Below are positions 26,052-39,759 of a DNA stretch of 64,000 nt, one piece after another. The DNA is taken from the NCBI GenBank assembly GCA_030141605.1, contig JAQGDQ010001056.1:1-64000 (forward strand), in the 5' to 3' direction. Source of the stretch: Tubiluchus corallicola. Lineage: Eukaryota > Animalia > Priapulida. A model generated the notes under the pieces. It did no database searches. It had not been told where the DNA came from and saw nothing but the letters and a program-made list of their open reading frames with translations. Position numbers and translations under genes: made by a program. Within the stretch, counting starts at the first letter, position 1; each line of letters begins with the position of its first letter.

Positions 26052-26230
26052 GGCTCGCGGTAGTGCGTGCACTACAGGGGTGTGTGATGCGTTAGGCGTA
26101 ATTGCCTACTAAAGCTAAGTGTAGACGAACAGTTGGCACACAGCCTCTCCACACCCAAGACTCCTGCGTAACCTCCACGAGGTGCGAGCTGGTAACTGCC
26201 CCATTACAGGAGCAGGCTAATCAGCAGGGG
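26052..26230 (+). ncRNA. HDV-like (nested double pseudoknot) self-cleaving ribozyme
   Basis: P1 GGCTCGC(26052-58)/GCGAGCT(26184-90) with G1-U wobble; P3 ACC/GGT; L3 TCCACGA; P1.1 CC/GG(26191-92); P4 CTGCCCC..GGAGCAG; J4/2 GCTAA with C26217; P2 CTCCTGC(26161-67)/GCAGGGG(26224-30). Confidence 0.85.
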
Positions 26231-27039
26231 ATCTCGGAGCAGTATGGAGCCCCAGAGGTGCAGTGCTGAAAGGCACTCACCATTCCATACCCCAACTATG
26301 GGTTAAATAGCATAATATATTTCAGAGCAGATCTACGTATACTAAAAACAGAAGTTTTTTTGTATTTTCTCTCATTATAATGGAAATTAAGTTTAATAAA
26401 AAGTTAACAGGTTAACTGTATTGTTTACTGTTTTTTATTGTTTGATTTTTCTATGTATAGTAGATTAAATGCTTTTAATTGTCTCCAATATTTATGCAGA
26501 AAATTGACTTTAAATGAAATTTGTCTTGTCTTACTTTATTTTATCTTACGTCTTCTCCTTTCCTCTCCTCTCTCCTCCCCTCTCGTCTCCTCTCTTTCCT
26601 CTCCCCATTCTCTTTATTATTGTATTTTTTGTTTTTGTGCAAGTTTGTGTGATTTGTTTGTATTGATTTTTCTTTTTATATAATGTTGAATGTTGTAAAT
26701 ACGTCAATTATAATATGAGCTTCAGTTTGAAATAAAGGATTAAATCAAATCAAATCCTCTCTCGTTTCGCCTCTTTCGTCTAGCACATCTAATTCTTCTG
26801 GTCTTACGTTAATTTTAATGCTAATGAACATGGAAAATGATTTACTTCATAAAATTTCCGTACGAGGCAGTGGTGGATAAGGCACAGGCTTTATTAGTTG
26901 CGACCAGGAGCCTCCACCAGCTGAGGGACCTCCAGGGATTACGTAAATTACCGTGAAATTACTACAGAATGAGAACAGAATTATACTGAATTGTCTCTTT
27001 GAAAACGGCTCAATTAATTAATATGCCGTAGAATAATAC

Positions 27040-27153
<114 letters not shown>

Positions 27154-27348
27154 ACTGAAAAGGGAAAGTTAAAAAGAAACATAAATACACAGACAACACT
27201 TAGTTCGCTAAAAGAAGGAAACGTTCCTATTGCCTCACAGAATAGAAAGGGGACCCTTTGCATTCTATTAGAGATCATGTAGACAAGCAAAACAGGTTAG
27301 TGGTAAAGACAGACACAGAAATTATATAAGAGACTAAAGAGTTGACAG

Positions 27349-27754
27349 AATAAGTCTTTTCACAGTTCCAGCTATTGATGATCATTGTGAAAAAGTCAAA
27401 GGTTAAATGTAGCAGACAACGTACTTGTGTACACTTGGCAACGTCTCGCAGTCCATGCTATTGTAATAGTAACAGTTTTAACATGTTTTAACAGCTAGCT
27501 AGAACCTTACCTAGTTCATTTTTTTCTTGTTTCCAAGTAAGATCCTGTTAGTAAATCACTCTACGCACAGACTAACGCATAATTAAATAAAGTTCACGTA
27601 AAGCAACTGACGTTACTGAACTGATTCGGCAGACGGCATTGCTTTAGCAACACGTTCTACGACGGTTGCATTTAAGACGTGTGACTGCGGTACACGTAAC
27701 CTTTGACCTGCAACAACTGCGCGTGCGCACAACGAAATTGTGAAAAGGCTTATT
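27349..27754 (+). mobile_element. Family C MITE, copy 2
   Basis: AATAAGTCTTTTCACAGTT...AATTGTGAAAAGGCTTATT. Confidence 0.85.
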
Positions 27755-28940
27755 AAATTTAGGTAACTAATAAGCACCTTCTTCTTACGCATGTGTTGCA
27801 GGGGGCATAGTGGTGAACACCATTTAAAAAGTGCTCAGTTATTAGCGGACATCTACAAACTAAACCGATGAAATTAAAGTTGACGGTTTGTAGAAACTGA
27901 GTGATTTACGAGAAAGAGGCTTGTGAAAAATCCAGCAAAACCGCAAGATTGAAACTAGCGCCTCTTTTGCATGCAATTTCAACATCAAAGCAGAGAAACC
28001 CAGCGGAAATTACAAGGTCAATTGAAGAAAATTGTCTGGCTTCATAGTTTGAAATGTATTCCTCCCAGATAATTGCGCGTAATCAGGCGTGTTGAAAGAT
28101 GGCTAATTTTACCGAAATAAATTTCGTAGCGCTTGGCTCTCTGGTCACGCAACAAAGATTCACTATATGATAGTTAGGCGCCATGTCGTATTGGGGTATT
28201 ATCTACAATCAGACGAACGCAAGAGCGAGTTGCTTCAAAGCACTGATATACGAAGCGAAATTGATTATAGGCATTCTGTGTTTTAGAAATTGAATATTAC
28301 ATTGAATGCTATCACTTTGAATGTTATCAGCTATTATTCTGTATTGAAATTTAACGATATAATAAAATAGCCTGGTAAATAGTTGATAAAACACTCATAC
28401 GTAAGTAGTTTACGGTTTTGTTCTACAGCATGTGGAATGTAGAGAAAAATTAAGCGAATGTTTATGTAGCTAAAATAAAAAAACAATGTACGAAGAAATA
28501 GTTTAAAAGTACCATACACGTCTAAAACATCTTTTCAAAAACGTTATAACTAAAAATTAAATATTGTGCCGGTCGTAATAGGAAATTTTTGTCAAAAATA
28601 CTACAGCCTAGGCACTGACACAAGTATATAAAACAACCACCAGTGATACGAAACACCTGCACACTTAATACGCCACAAATTGTTTGTACGAAGTCGAGTA
28701 TAACAAATGCATTTGCGAGCACAATGCTTGCACGGCTATTACACCACCCTTCATGAGAAAATCATTTAAAGAATTAGAAATCTAGAAAAATTGTACAAGC
28801 AATAGATTTTTATGTTCAACCGGAGAAAAAACAGATACCCATTGACTGGTATACTGCAGCTCGCAGTTAACAAAACTCACAACACCAGTTTTTTTACCAA
28901 ATCTTATTAACATATAGTAGTCTTTCTATCTTTTATATCA

Positions 28941-30470
28941 TCCCATATATGAGCTTCATTCATACATCATTCCATTTTAAGCACTAATGTTTTTTTATCA
29001 CGATTCAGTTTAAATTTTCAGATTATCTCCATTACTTTTTTTTCTATCACTGTGTGGGACAATCTAACAAGCCCTGCTTTTTGATTGCCCGCAAGACAAT
29101 TACCTTCGTGTATAAGTGAACGGTGTGTGAGGCTTTTCCTGTGCAGTATTTCTTATTTGTATTATATCCATTGTAGGCCCTTTCACTAGATATCGTAAAT
29201 GTAACCATTGTAAATGTGTAAGGTGAAACAAATGACTTATAACTTACGTCATCAAAACACACTGCCAGTTTATGTACTTCAATGTCTTGCCTTTCACTTA
29301 AGTTATTCGTTGCTGACTACTCATACCCTCTAGTTACTTCACCGAACACCTATACATTTTAAAATCGAAAGAGAACGGCTGGGTTTTTACTGGAAATGTA
29401 CATCATTTAGTACTACTGAGATTTTTCTAATTTTACAACGTGCAGTCTTCCGTAACATCGAGAAATCCTCCTTATCCCAACGAAGGATAACAGGATTGAT
29501 TCAGCGAGAATTTTTGACTTAAATTTCTTTGTTATGTTATACTCGTACAGCTTTTAAAGGAAGACATGATGATTTTTCATATACTATCTCAATCCGATAA
29601 AAAACATACATTTTAACACAACTAACACTGCAAAAGCGTTTCTGATAATTAAATAATAGGTTAAAAACTTAATTAACGGCGGGCGAGCCCAACTATTAAT
29701 GACATCACAAACTAACATAATTTTCAACAGCAAAAATATTCCACGCGTTGCACGTGTTTGCGAAAGCGAAAATTGAAGTACAGTGCTACTGTAAGATATT
29801 CAATGTGTTGTAATGAAACTAGACAAGTTTTAAGATAAAAAATTAAACCTTCAAATTTACGGCTGTGCTCACGCATGAGCTGTCAAACGTGCGTCGTTCG
29901 TTACAAGCTAACATAATTGAACTGAGGGGTACAGCACCTATTTTTTGTGCATGCGTTTCCCAAATGCAGGCGTTAGTGCCCGTCTAACTAGCGAATGGCG
30001 AAATGCATCTATCGGCGAATGCGAAATTGTGTTTATGTGATAATAATTCTTTCACGTAAGTCGATTTTGAAAAAATAGTATGTTTCCTTTCAATATTTTA
30101 AAGAGTAGAATGTTTTGACTTACAGTTTAAAATTGGTTCCGAATTTGTTATTAATTTTTCTTCTTCCCATATATGAGCTTCATTCATTACATCATTCCAT
30201 TTTAAGCACTAATGTTTTTTATCACGATTCACTTTAAATTTTCAGATTATTTCCATTACTTTATTTCCTATCACTGTGTGGGACAATCTAACAAGCCCTG
30301 CTTTTTGATTGCTCGCAACACATTTACCTACGTATATAAGTGAACAGTGTTTGAAGCTTTTCCTGTGCAGTTTTTCTTATTTGTAATATGTTCATTGTAG
30401 GCCCTTTCACTAGATATTGTATATGAAACTATTGTAAATGGGTAATGTTAAATAAATGACTTATGACTTC
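28941..30470. repeat. ~300-bp direct duplication (28941-29247 and 30164-30470)
   Basis: TCCCATATATGAGCTTCATTCAT...TATCACTGTGTGGGACAATCTAACAAGCCCTGC...AAATGACTTAT occurs twice. Confidence 0.92.
29558..30150 (-). mobile_element. Family A Kolobok-like MITE, copy 5
   Basis: TTAA|AGGAAGACATG..., colinear with copy 3; decayed far end followed by TTAA at 30151. Confidence 0.85.
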
Positions 30471-30884
30471 TTTGAAAGAGTGCTGAAAAGCACCAAAATT
30501 TATCCCCATGCAGCAGGTAGCTTAGAGCAAATGTAAGTAAAATAAATGATGCTTCGGCAAATTGTTCTGATACGCTCGAGGTGAATGTTTTATCTGTAGC
30601 AACTAAAGTCAGTTTCAACTCTTTTAAGCAATAGTGTTAATCTTTTCTCTCTTTTATTCTTTCTGTCTTGTTGTCTTTGCAGTGCCTAAAGATTCGATAC
30701 TGTTTCAGTTAATATACGTAAATCAGAATCAGGTGGCGCATAGAATTAACCTAAAGACTGCCAATCAAAGCGAATTCAAATCTTTGTTATCAAAGATTTC
30801 TCCTCTTTCTCTTCTTCCTTTTAACTTTGAACGAAATTGGTTCGTATGCAGTATGCTGATGATGTGGCATAGATTGAAAGGAAC

Positions 30885-31733
<849 letters not shown>

Positions 31734-32728
31734 GAAATTGGTGCCGTCACGGAAGTGGTGCTGATAAGCTATTGGCATAGCAGTGTCTGGTTTTTTGCTG
31801 GATTGCTGCCGTGTTTGCCTGTCTTGAAGACTTGTTTGTTTTATTTTGAAATTTCCGTCTTTCCAGTGTCTACAATATGATATGATGATGAATAAAATAG
31901 GCCTAACCTGTCGGAACATATCTAAAAATCTTCGAACTTACGTACAAACATTTTAATTAGCGAATCCCATTAACCTTCATTTCCAAATCAATGACATTTA
32001 TGCAGGTTTACAGCCGAATGGAACAGACCGAAAGAAACATTAAAAGGATGACTGTAATAATTCAACTCTGTAACGACCGTTCATATTATTATTTTAAAAA
32101 TCACGCCATTAAAATATGCATGAATTATAGCCAACTTTGCGCTTGTAACAGTTATTTTCACAGAGCAGCAACATTCTAAACCGTTACACAGGTTACCACT
32201 GGACATTTAGAGAGCGTACTGAATGAAGCCAGTTTAATTAAATATCGAACGGCTTCTCCGCGGGCAGACCTCAGCGGTTGCTAATCCCATGGAAATATGT
32301 TCCCCGAGCATAGGCAACAGACCGAAGTTTATAAACTCGCCAAAAATCACGTTTTCACTTTATTTTCTGCTTTGCACTGACAGTGTCCTATTGCGAGGTG
32401 AGTTTTGCATTTAGATTAGATGACACGGTACAGTGACAAGTTGTGCAATCAAAGACCAACTCAATCATCTAAGTACATGTAATGTAAAGGAAAACGGAAA
32501 CTGCATCTGATTCTTCCTTTAAAATCATAGGCGTACATGGCGGGGGTCGGAGGGGCGGCGATTGCCCTCCCAGAGCAAATGAATTTTACATTTTCAGGGC
32601 AAATAAATTTCCGAATTTAATTTTGAATATTAAAAATCGCTGAAAATGCACGAGAATAAAATTTGTCGGCTCACGGGCTTTAAAGAATGCAATACTAAAC
32701 TCACAATTTCATTTTTCTAAAATCATAA

Positions 32729-34150
32729 TCCTGACTGGGCCCATGTTCACACTGTGTTCTAAGTAAGCGCATGTTCACACTGTGTCCTAAGTAAGCCCAT
32801 GTTCACACTGTGTAATGACTAGGCCCATGTTCATACTGAGTCCTGACTGAGCCCATGTTCACATTGCATCTGTTCACATTGAGTCCTGACTAAGCCCATG
32901 TTCACACTGAGTCCTGACTAAACCCATGTTCACACTGAGTCCTGACTGGACCTATGTTCACACTGAGCCCATGTTCACACTGAGTCTTGACTGAGCCGAT
33001 GTTCACTCTGAGTCCTGACTGAGCCTATGTTCACCCTGAGTCCTGACTAAGCCTATGTTCACACTGAGTCCTGACTGAGCCTATGTTCATACTGAGTCCT
33101 GACTGAGCCTATGTTCACACTGAGTCCTGACTGAGCCTATGTTCATACTGAGTCCTGACTGTGCGTATGTTCATACTGAGTCCTGACTGAGCCCAAATTC
33201 ACACTGAGTCCTGACTGAGCCTATGTTCACACTGAGTCCTGACTGAGCCTATGTTCATACTGAGTCCTGACTGTGCCTATGTTCATACTGAGTCCTGACT
33301 GAGCCCAAATTCACACTGAGTCCTGACTGAGCCTATGTTCACACTGAGTCCTGACTGAGCCTATGTTCACACTGAGTCCTGACTGAGCCGATGTTCACAC
33401 TGAGTCCTGACTGAGCCTATGTTCACACTGAGTCCTGACTGAGCCCATGTTCACACCGAGTCTTGACTGAGCCCAAGTTCACACTGAGTCCTGACTGGAC
33501 CTATGTTCACACTGAGTCCTGACTAAGCCCATGTTCAAACTGAGTCCTGACTAAGCCCATGTTCACAGTGAGTCCTGCCTGAGCCTATGTTCACACTGAG
33601 TCCTGACTGAGCCCAAGTTCACACTGAGTCTTGACTGAGCCCAAGTTCACACTGAATCCTGACTGAGCCCAAGTTCACACTGAGTCCTGACTGAGCCCAA
33701 GTTCACACTGAATCCTGACTGGACCTATGTTCACACTGAGTCCTGACTGAGCCCAAGTTTACACTGAGTCCTGACTAAGCCCATGTTCACAGTGAGTCCT
33801 GCCTGAGCCTATGTTCACACTGAATCCTGACTGAGCCCAAGTTCACACTGAATCCTGACTGAGCCCATGTTCACACTGAATCCTGACTGAGCCTATGTTC
33901 ACACTGAATCCTGACTGAGCCCAAGTTCACACTGAATCCTGACTGAGCCCAAGTTCACACTGAATCCTGACTGAGCCCAAGTTCACACTGAATCCTGACT
34001 GAGCCTATGTTCACACTGAATCCTGACTGAGCCCAAGTTCACACTGAATCGTGACTGAGCCCAAGTTCACACTGAATCGTGACTGAGCCCAAGTTCACAC
34101 TGAGTCCTGACTGAGCCTATGTTCACACTGAATCCTGACTGAGCCTATGT
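32729..34150. repeat. 28-bp minisatellite, ~50 copies
   Basis: Unit ACTGAGTCCTGACTGAGCC(C/T)A(T/A)GTTCAC. Confidence 0.98.
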
Positions 34151-37100
34151 TTGATTCTGTGCAAGGTAACCTCTGTGTAAATTATTATTACGCAAAGCTT
34201 TTAGACAGGATAAACCTGATTGGGCAAAGTGCTCATTTACAAAAATGTCTTGTGTTAAAAGGCAGCTCACAACAATAATCATAAATAAGATTTAAACTTA
34301 TGGAACAAAATTATTAGACGAGGTTGCAGAACTTCCTAGCTTGAATACTATAGATTGATGAATTTACAGTTAACACATACACAGGCAGCTTAAATCCTTA
34401 AATTGCATTATTTAGCTACTCTTCAAGGTTTAAAAGAAAAATTAATCTTGAACGTATTTTTGACTTGACTTTTAAAAGCTTTCGTATTTGAATAATGACG
34501 TATATGAACAGGTAGTTGATTCTAAATTACTGTCCACGTGTAGCGGAAGCATGGCCGGCTAATGTTAGTTCTAAGTAACAACGACTTGCAATCGCCTCAT
34601 TGTTTTGATCTCGTGTTATAGTCACGATCTATGGGAAAAATATCAACATATCATTGAGTACGATGTTCATTGAAAATAATTTTATGCATTCATATAGAAA
34701 AGTGACTTTTACGTCTAATAGTTAAAGACGGCCAAATTAAGGTCCTTAACATATTGGACTGCCGTCCGTTCATAACGGAGGCAGGACGGATGACACCGCG
34801 GCCTAAATTATGCTGCATGTTTTTAATTAAGCTAATCAAACGCTCCAGCTAAAAAAAATTCGAATCATGGAGTTGAATTGACTATTTATTATCAAGTACA
34901 ACTACACTTTCAGTTTAACCCAAATGTCGACTTTAGAAGAAAGAACTCAACCGGCCGGTTTGTGGCAAAGCCTGTGAACAGAGCTGGAGGACTAAATGAC
35001 TTCGACCACTGACAAGGATCTACCTTCCCATTTTATAAGCTCAAGTGTGCACGTGACAGGTAGCCTTTACTAACACAAGGTCAGAATACGAGTCTGTACT
35101 AGATAAAGCCACGTTCACATGCGCACCTGAGAGGTACACTGCATTCCTTGCCAGCATTAAATTTGCATTTCTTTATTAATAATTTAATTTTAACATGAGC
35201 CTACTCTAGCGCTGAGTACAATAGCAACAACAACAACGTCACGTACTTCAAGGTTAAGCAGAATTCTAATAGCTACGTTCTGACATATTTGCAATCTTCC
35301 CAAATGCTAGATTAAATCGAGGCTGAGTACATTAGAATGTCTAGCTAACTGTGCCATCTTATAAATGAAATCAATTTCTAGTGCTCTGAGGACGGACGAT
35401 CACTGCTTTACTCTTACGGTCAATGGAAACACGCATTTACAAAAATCATTAGCAATCCTAGTTCGTTGTCACTTCAACTAGCAAAATAACGAACCGATCT
35501 TGTTAGAGGAAATTGGTTGAAATTGTCGAAACCTTTCTAAAGGGTAATATAATACGCGTAACAATTGCAAAGAGACATCTAGCTTTTATTGCTATGGTTT
35601 TATCTCCAAATGCAGGTTTACACCATTACGTTCTGCACACTATTGTATATTGTACATTTTCTATGGCATGTTAACTCAATGAAATAGTCATAAATTCTCT
35701 CGCCAAGCAACCTTACAAAAGCAAATCATTCACCCAGAGACGACAATTTATCAAAACTGTTTTTAACTAACAACGGGTTCGTTTCGCAAAACTCAAGAAA
35801 GACTGATTCGTTAAAGGAAAAGTCAATCTTTCTGGGAAGTTATGCTTAGTTCAATGTTCGTGAAAGACATTAGGATTTAGTAATAATAAGCGGTAATAAG
35901 TGTAATTGGTAAAGCGACTTTAAAGCCGCGATCATTTCATTCCCACTTTGAATGCCCATTCTTACACCAATGGCGCGTTAGCACAAACATTAGGCAAGCT
36001 GCAGAGGTTTGAATTAATTTAAGCAGTGCCCGCTTACCAAAAGCACAGTTACCGTCTTGTGAAAAATCACGAAGTATATCAAAAAATTTCAAGTAAATGG
36101 CGACTATTGCTGGGATTGAAAATTTCTTGGCAATTTTTTTGCAAATTCTTTGTTGATGACAGGAAATTAAACCTAAGATTCTGAATGACTTATCTTTTCC
36201 TTTAAGATTAATTGCCCTTTGTAACAAGTCTAGTTATCTCACATAGATGCAGTTTGTTAATCAAAGTTACGGAGCAGGTTGTGGCCTAACAAGGAGTTGC
36301 ATGGAAGCAGTTTTATTATCTCACAAACGACCTTGTTCTTTTAATGGCTTTGACAATTAACTGTACTCAAAGACAATTCAATTGCTTGAATAGGGTTTGA
36401 TATTTTTTCTTGACTCACTATATAGACGTTTTGGCTTTCAGTTTATTACTTAAGCAGGGAAATTTTGAGAAATTTCTGTACTAAATTGGGCAGGCTCCTA
36501 ATAGCACATGTAACTGCTTATTAAGCCCTCAGTCTGTATATCATTTATTATTTGAATGTACATTAGTAAACCAAGCCAAAAGAAATGATTTATTAGCACT
36601 CTACCTGCGTTAGATTCAGACTATGTTTTCTCTAGCCCGGATAATAATGCTACAAATGCTTCTGCAAATCTTATCTCGGAAGAATTCCCATCGTCTTTCG
36701 CCCGTATATAAACAGTCTGTTGGTGATGAAATTGTACTACTCTCGTCGTGTTTTCTATATGATGTTTTGCTTTTATTTATGATTATGTGTAACTTACTTT
36801 AGAATTGGTAATTATGTTTATTATAATTGTACTCGCTGTTTTTCATTGTGTATAATGTGTGTAAATTTTTGTTACTAAGTATTAAAATATGTTCGTTATC
36901 GTTTATTATGTATGTAGGTACTGTTGAATTATAATTTGTAACTATGTCTATTGTATATGATCATTGTCGTTCAATGTGTCTCATGCGTTAGATTCTAAAT
37001 TATATATACATGTGAATAGGTTTAATATGTTGTAAATGCTTTTAGAAATTTTAAACGTATCCCTAAAAATAGAGGGAATGTATTCTGTACATAGTTTTTA

Positions 37101-37863
37101 AAAATAAGGAATTATAATAATAATAATATAGACGTAGACACTGGAATATCACTGCAGTTCGTGAATGCTTGATGCTCTGTATGCCGAGCTGTAGCAATGA
37201 TTCCCCCCACTCTGGGTAGATTTTACAAAATTATATCAAACAGTGTTATGCTTGTCTGTGTGTTATGAATGTCATGCCATGCACTCTAAATATTGAATCC
37301 TAATATTAAATATTAAATTTACTCTTAATTATACTATAAACTCTACCAATAATTATACAAATTAATAGTTACAGCAACAGTAATTCATCATTCATCATTT
37401 AATCATCCGTTCCCGATACCACTTTAAACAATAGAACGGAAAATTTAAAGCAAATTACAGTAAACAATAAATTTGGAAATAATTCTATGTCAAAACAAGC
37501 CATACGTTTATGGAACTCACTACCCAGTGAAAAAAAAACAAATAAAATCTTTCCGCCGGTTTAAAAATAAATTAAAAGAATATCAATATGGCAGGTTTCA
37601 ACTTCCAAATTATGCATCTGATACTAATTACACAGACTCAGCTTTCATCTACCCCCGCCCCTGATCTAGATAAAATGATTAAAATTATAAAATGTTATAT
37701 CTATTATAACGAATATAAAATTTATGTAATGTAATGCGTGTTATGTTAATTGTGTCGTGTTAAATGTATATGCAGTGCAAATGGCATGTAAAATTTAATG
37801 TTCTTTTGTAATATTCTTTTGAAAATATGTTTTAATAACGTGTTTGTATATGTGTGTATATAT

Positions 37864-38156
37864 TGTTACGAAGGCGAAATGCCCTTTATTTTCGACCCTC
37901 CCCCTCTACATTGTGATGGTTTCATCCATTACGAAGCCATTGCATATCAGCGTTGCATAGCAGCTATAAGTAGCTGGTATGGAATGGCCTCGTCGGTTCA
38001 GTGGGCTGACGGGCAGGTGCGTCTTCCATCTCAGCACCTGTTCCGCAATGACAGCTGCCTGGCGTGTTACTTAATTCAGTAATTTTACTGTTGTTTTACG
38101 TTTTCTTCTCAACTATGCGACAATCGGCGTATCAGCACCATCCGTTCATCGTTACA
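37864..38156. mobile_element. Solo LTR (293 bp), probably Gypsy-type
   Basis: ATAT|TGTTACGA...TCGTTACA|ATAT: TG...CA termini, short imperfect inverted ends, 4-bp duplication, GC-richer than its flanks. Confidence 0.75.
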
Positions 38157-39197
38157 ATATTGTAAATAATTATATCCTAGTTTTGCACTTTAATTTTTTT
38201 AGTCTGCCCTGGACGCATTTGTCTTGAACGGTGTCGTTATTTTGACACCAAGCTGAGGCTTACTCAATTTTATTATAATGAGTGAACCATTTTAATGGCA
38301 ACAAATAAAGAATTAATATATAGTATATATATATATTAAATTGACTAATTAATCTTAGTTTTACTTCTAAAAATCTACTGGCACTATGACTTTTTATAAT
38401 GTTATTAATCACAGATTTTTTCCATTCATAGTTATTAATCAGATGTTTCAGGCGGAAAGTTTTACCATATCAGCTTCTGTTATAGTGAACGTGACGTCTA
38501 AATTTGTTTAACTTTAGCACGTTTCTCTTTCCACATTGGTGTGGTGAAAATAAAGTTACATTCGCTTCAGAGTGAGTAGAAATTTGCTGTTTTTAGAAAA
38601 TTGTGAACTAAATAAAATTCGTTCAACGCTGCAAAAGGTTTTCGTCGTTTTTCGTTATTATTTCACGCCACAAAGAGGTTTTAGATCTTTCGGGATTTCG
38701 CGAAATTTTATGAACCCAGAGTAAACAGCGATTATTTTGCAACAAATTATTCCTTTGGGCGACACGTCTTAACAATTGTGACGTCACAAAACACTACTTT
38801 GGTGAATTGGGATTTCAGGATTATAAAAATACAACAATTTTGAAAATTTTGAAAATAGATTAAAGAAATTTTATTTAGCGCAGTACGAGAATCGAACAGT
38901 ACCTGCGCATGCTGTTAAAATAAACAATTTTATCGATAACAGCGCCAATTAATTTGTCGCTTTTTGTTTAAGTTTTAACCATTTTAACAGCATTGTAACC
39001 ATTTTTAACTGCATTTTCACTACTTTACAAGCATGTCAGTAGTTTTTATAACTAATTGCTTAGTTTTTGTTGTGTTTTGTTTCTCTCGGAAGGCTCGTAG
39101 AGCAAACCAGAAAACACGTCGTCAAATTAGACTAGTTTATTATGCGAGAATTCTACAACCCAAAAGTATGAGGGAACGCGAAATGTTTACAGTAAAT

Positions 39198-39417
39198 GTG
39201 ATAATATGGAAACGTGAAAGCGAGAAAGCGTATCTGAGAATACAAGAGAATGTGAGAGAATAAACTTCAGCGGCCAGCTCCGCCTTATATATCAGTGCAA
39301 AGGAACAATCTAGAAACAGAAAGTTCTCGAAACTTCTACAAGGTAAGAAGATTGTTCTACTATGCCATAGAACATTCTACAATTTTCTATTTACTTCTAG
39401 TGTGGATCTCCACAACA
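39198..39417 (-). mobile_element. Possible short solo LTR
   Basis: Minus strand TGTTGTGG...TATATAAGG...ATCACA with TAGAA-type repeats upstream of the TATA; no clear TSD. Confidence 0.4.
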
Positions 39418-39759
39418 GTTTTTATGACACTATTTCTGATTGTCTTAGACTGATTTGTCCTTTCTGTTGGATATTCGATGAATTTTAAATTGTATTTTAC
39501 GATTTGTATGCTTAATTTAGTCATCTTGCCATCTAATTAGTCTTGAATGTCCTATTTATTTTGAGTCTTTATTGATTTTCTATTTTGTTACCGTTATACT
39601 TACTTCATCCTTTAATTGCCTTCGTTTTAGGGTGTAGGCTTTTATTTTTTAGTACACGATTTTTTTGTAAACAAATTGTTTTATATTAGCTTAAGTGATT
39701 TTTCTGCATAAAAATTTCAAAGTAAAATAAAAATGAGAAATGGTTTCCTTATTAACTAC

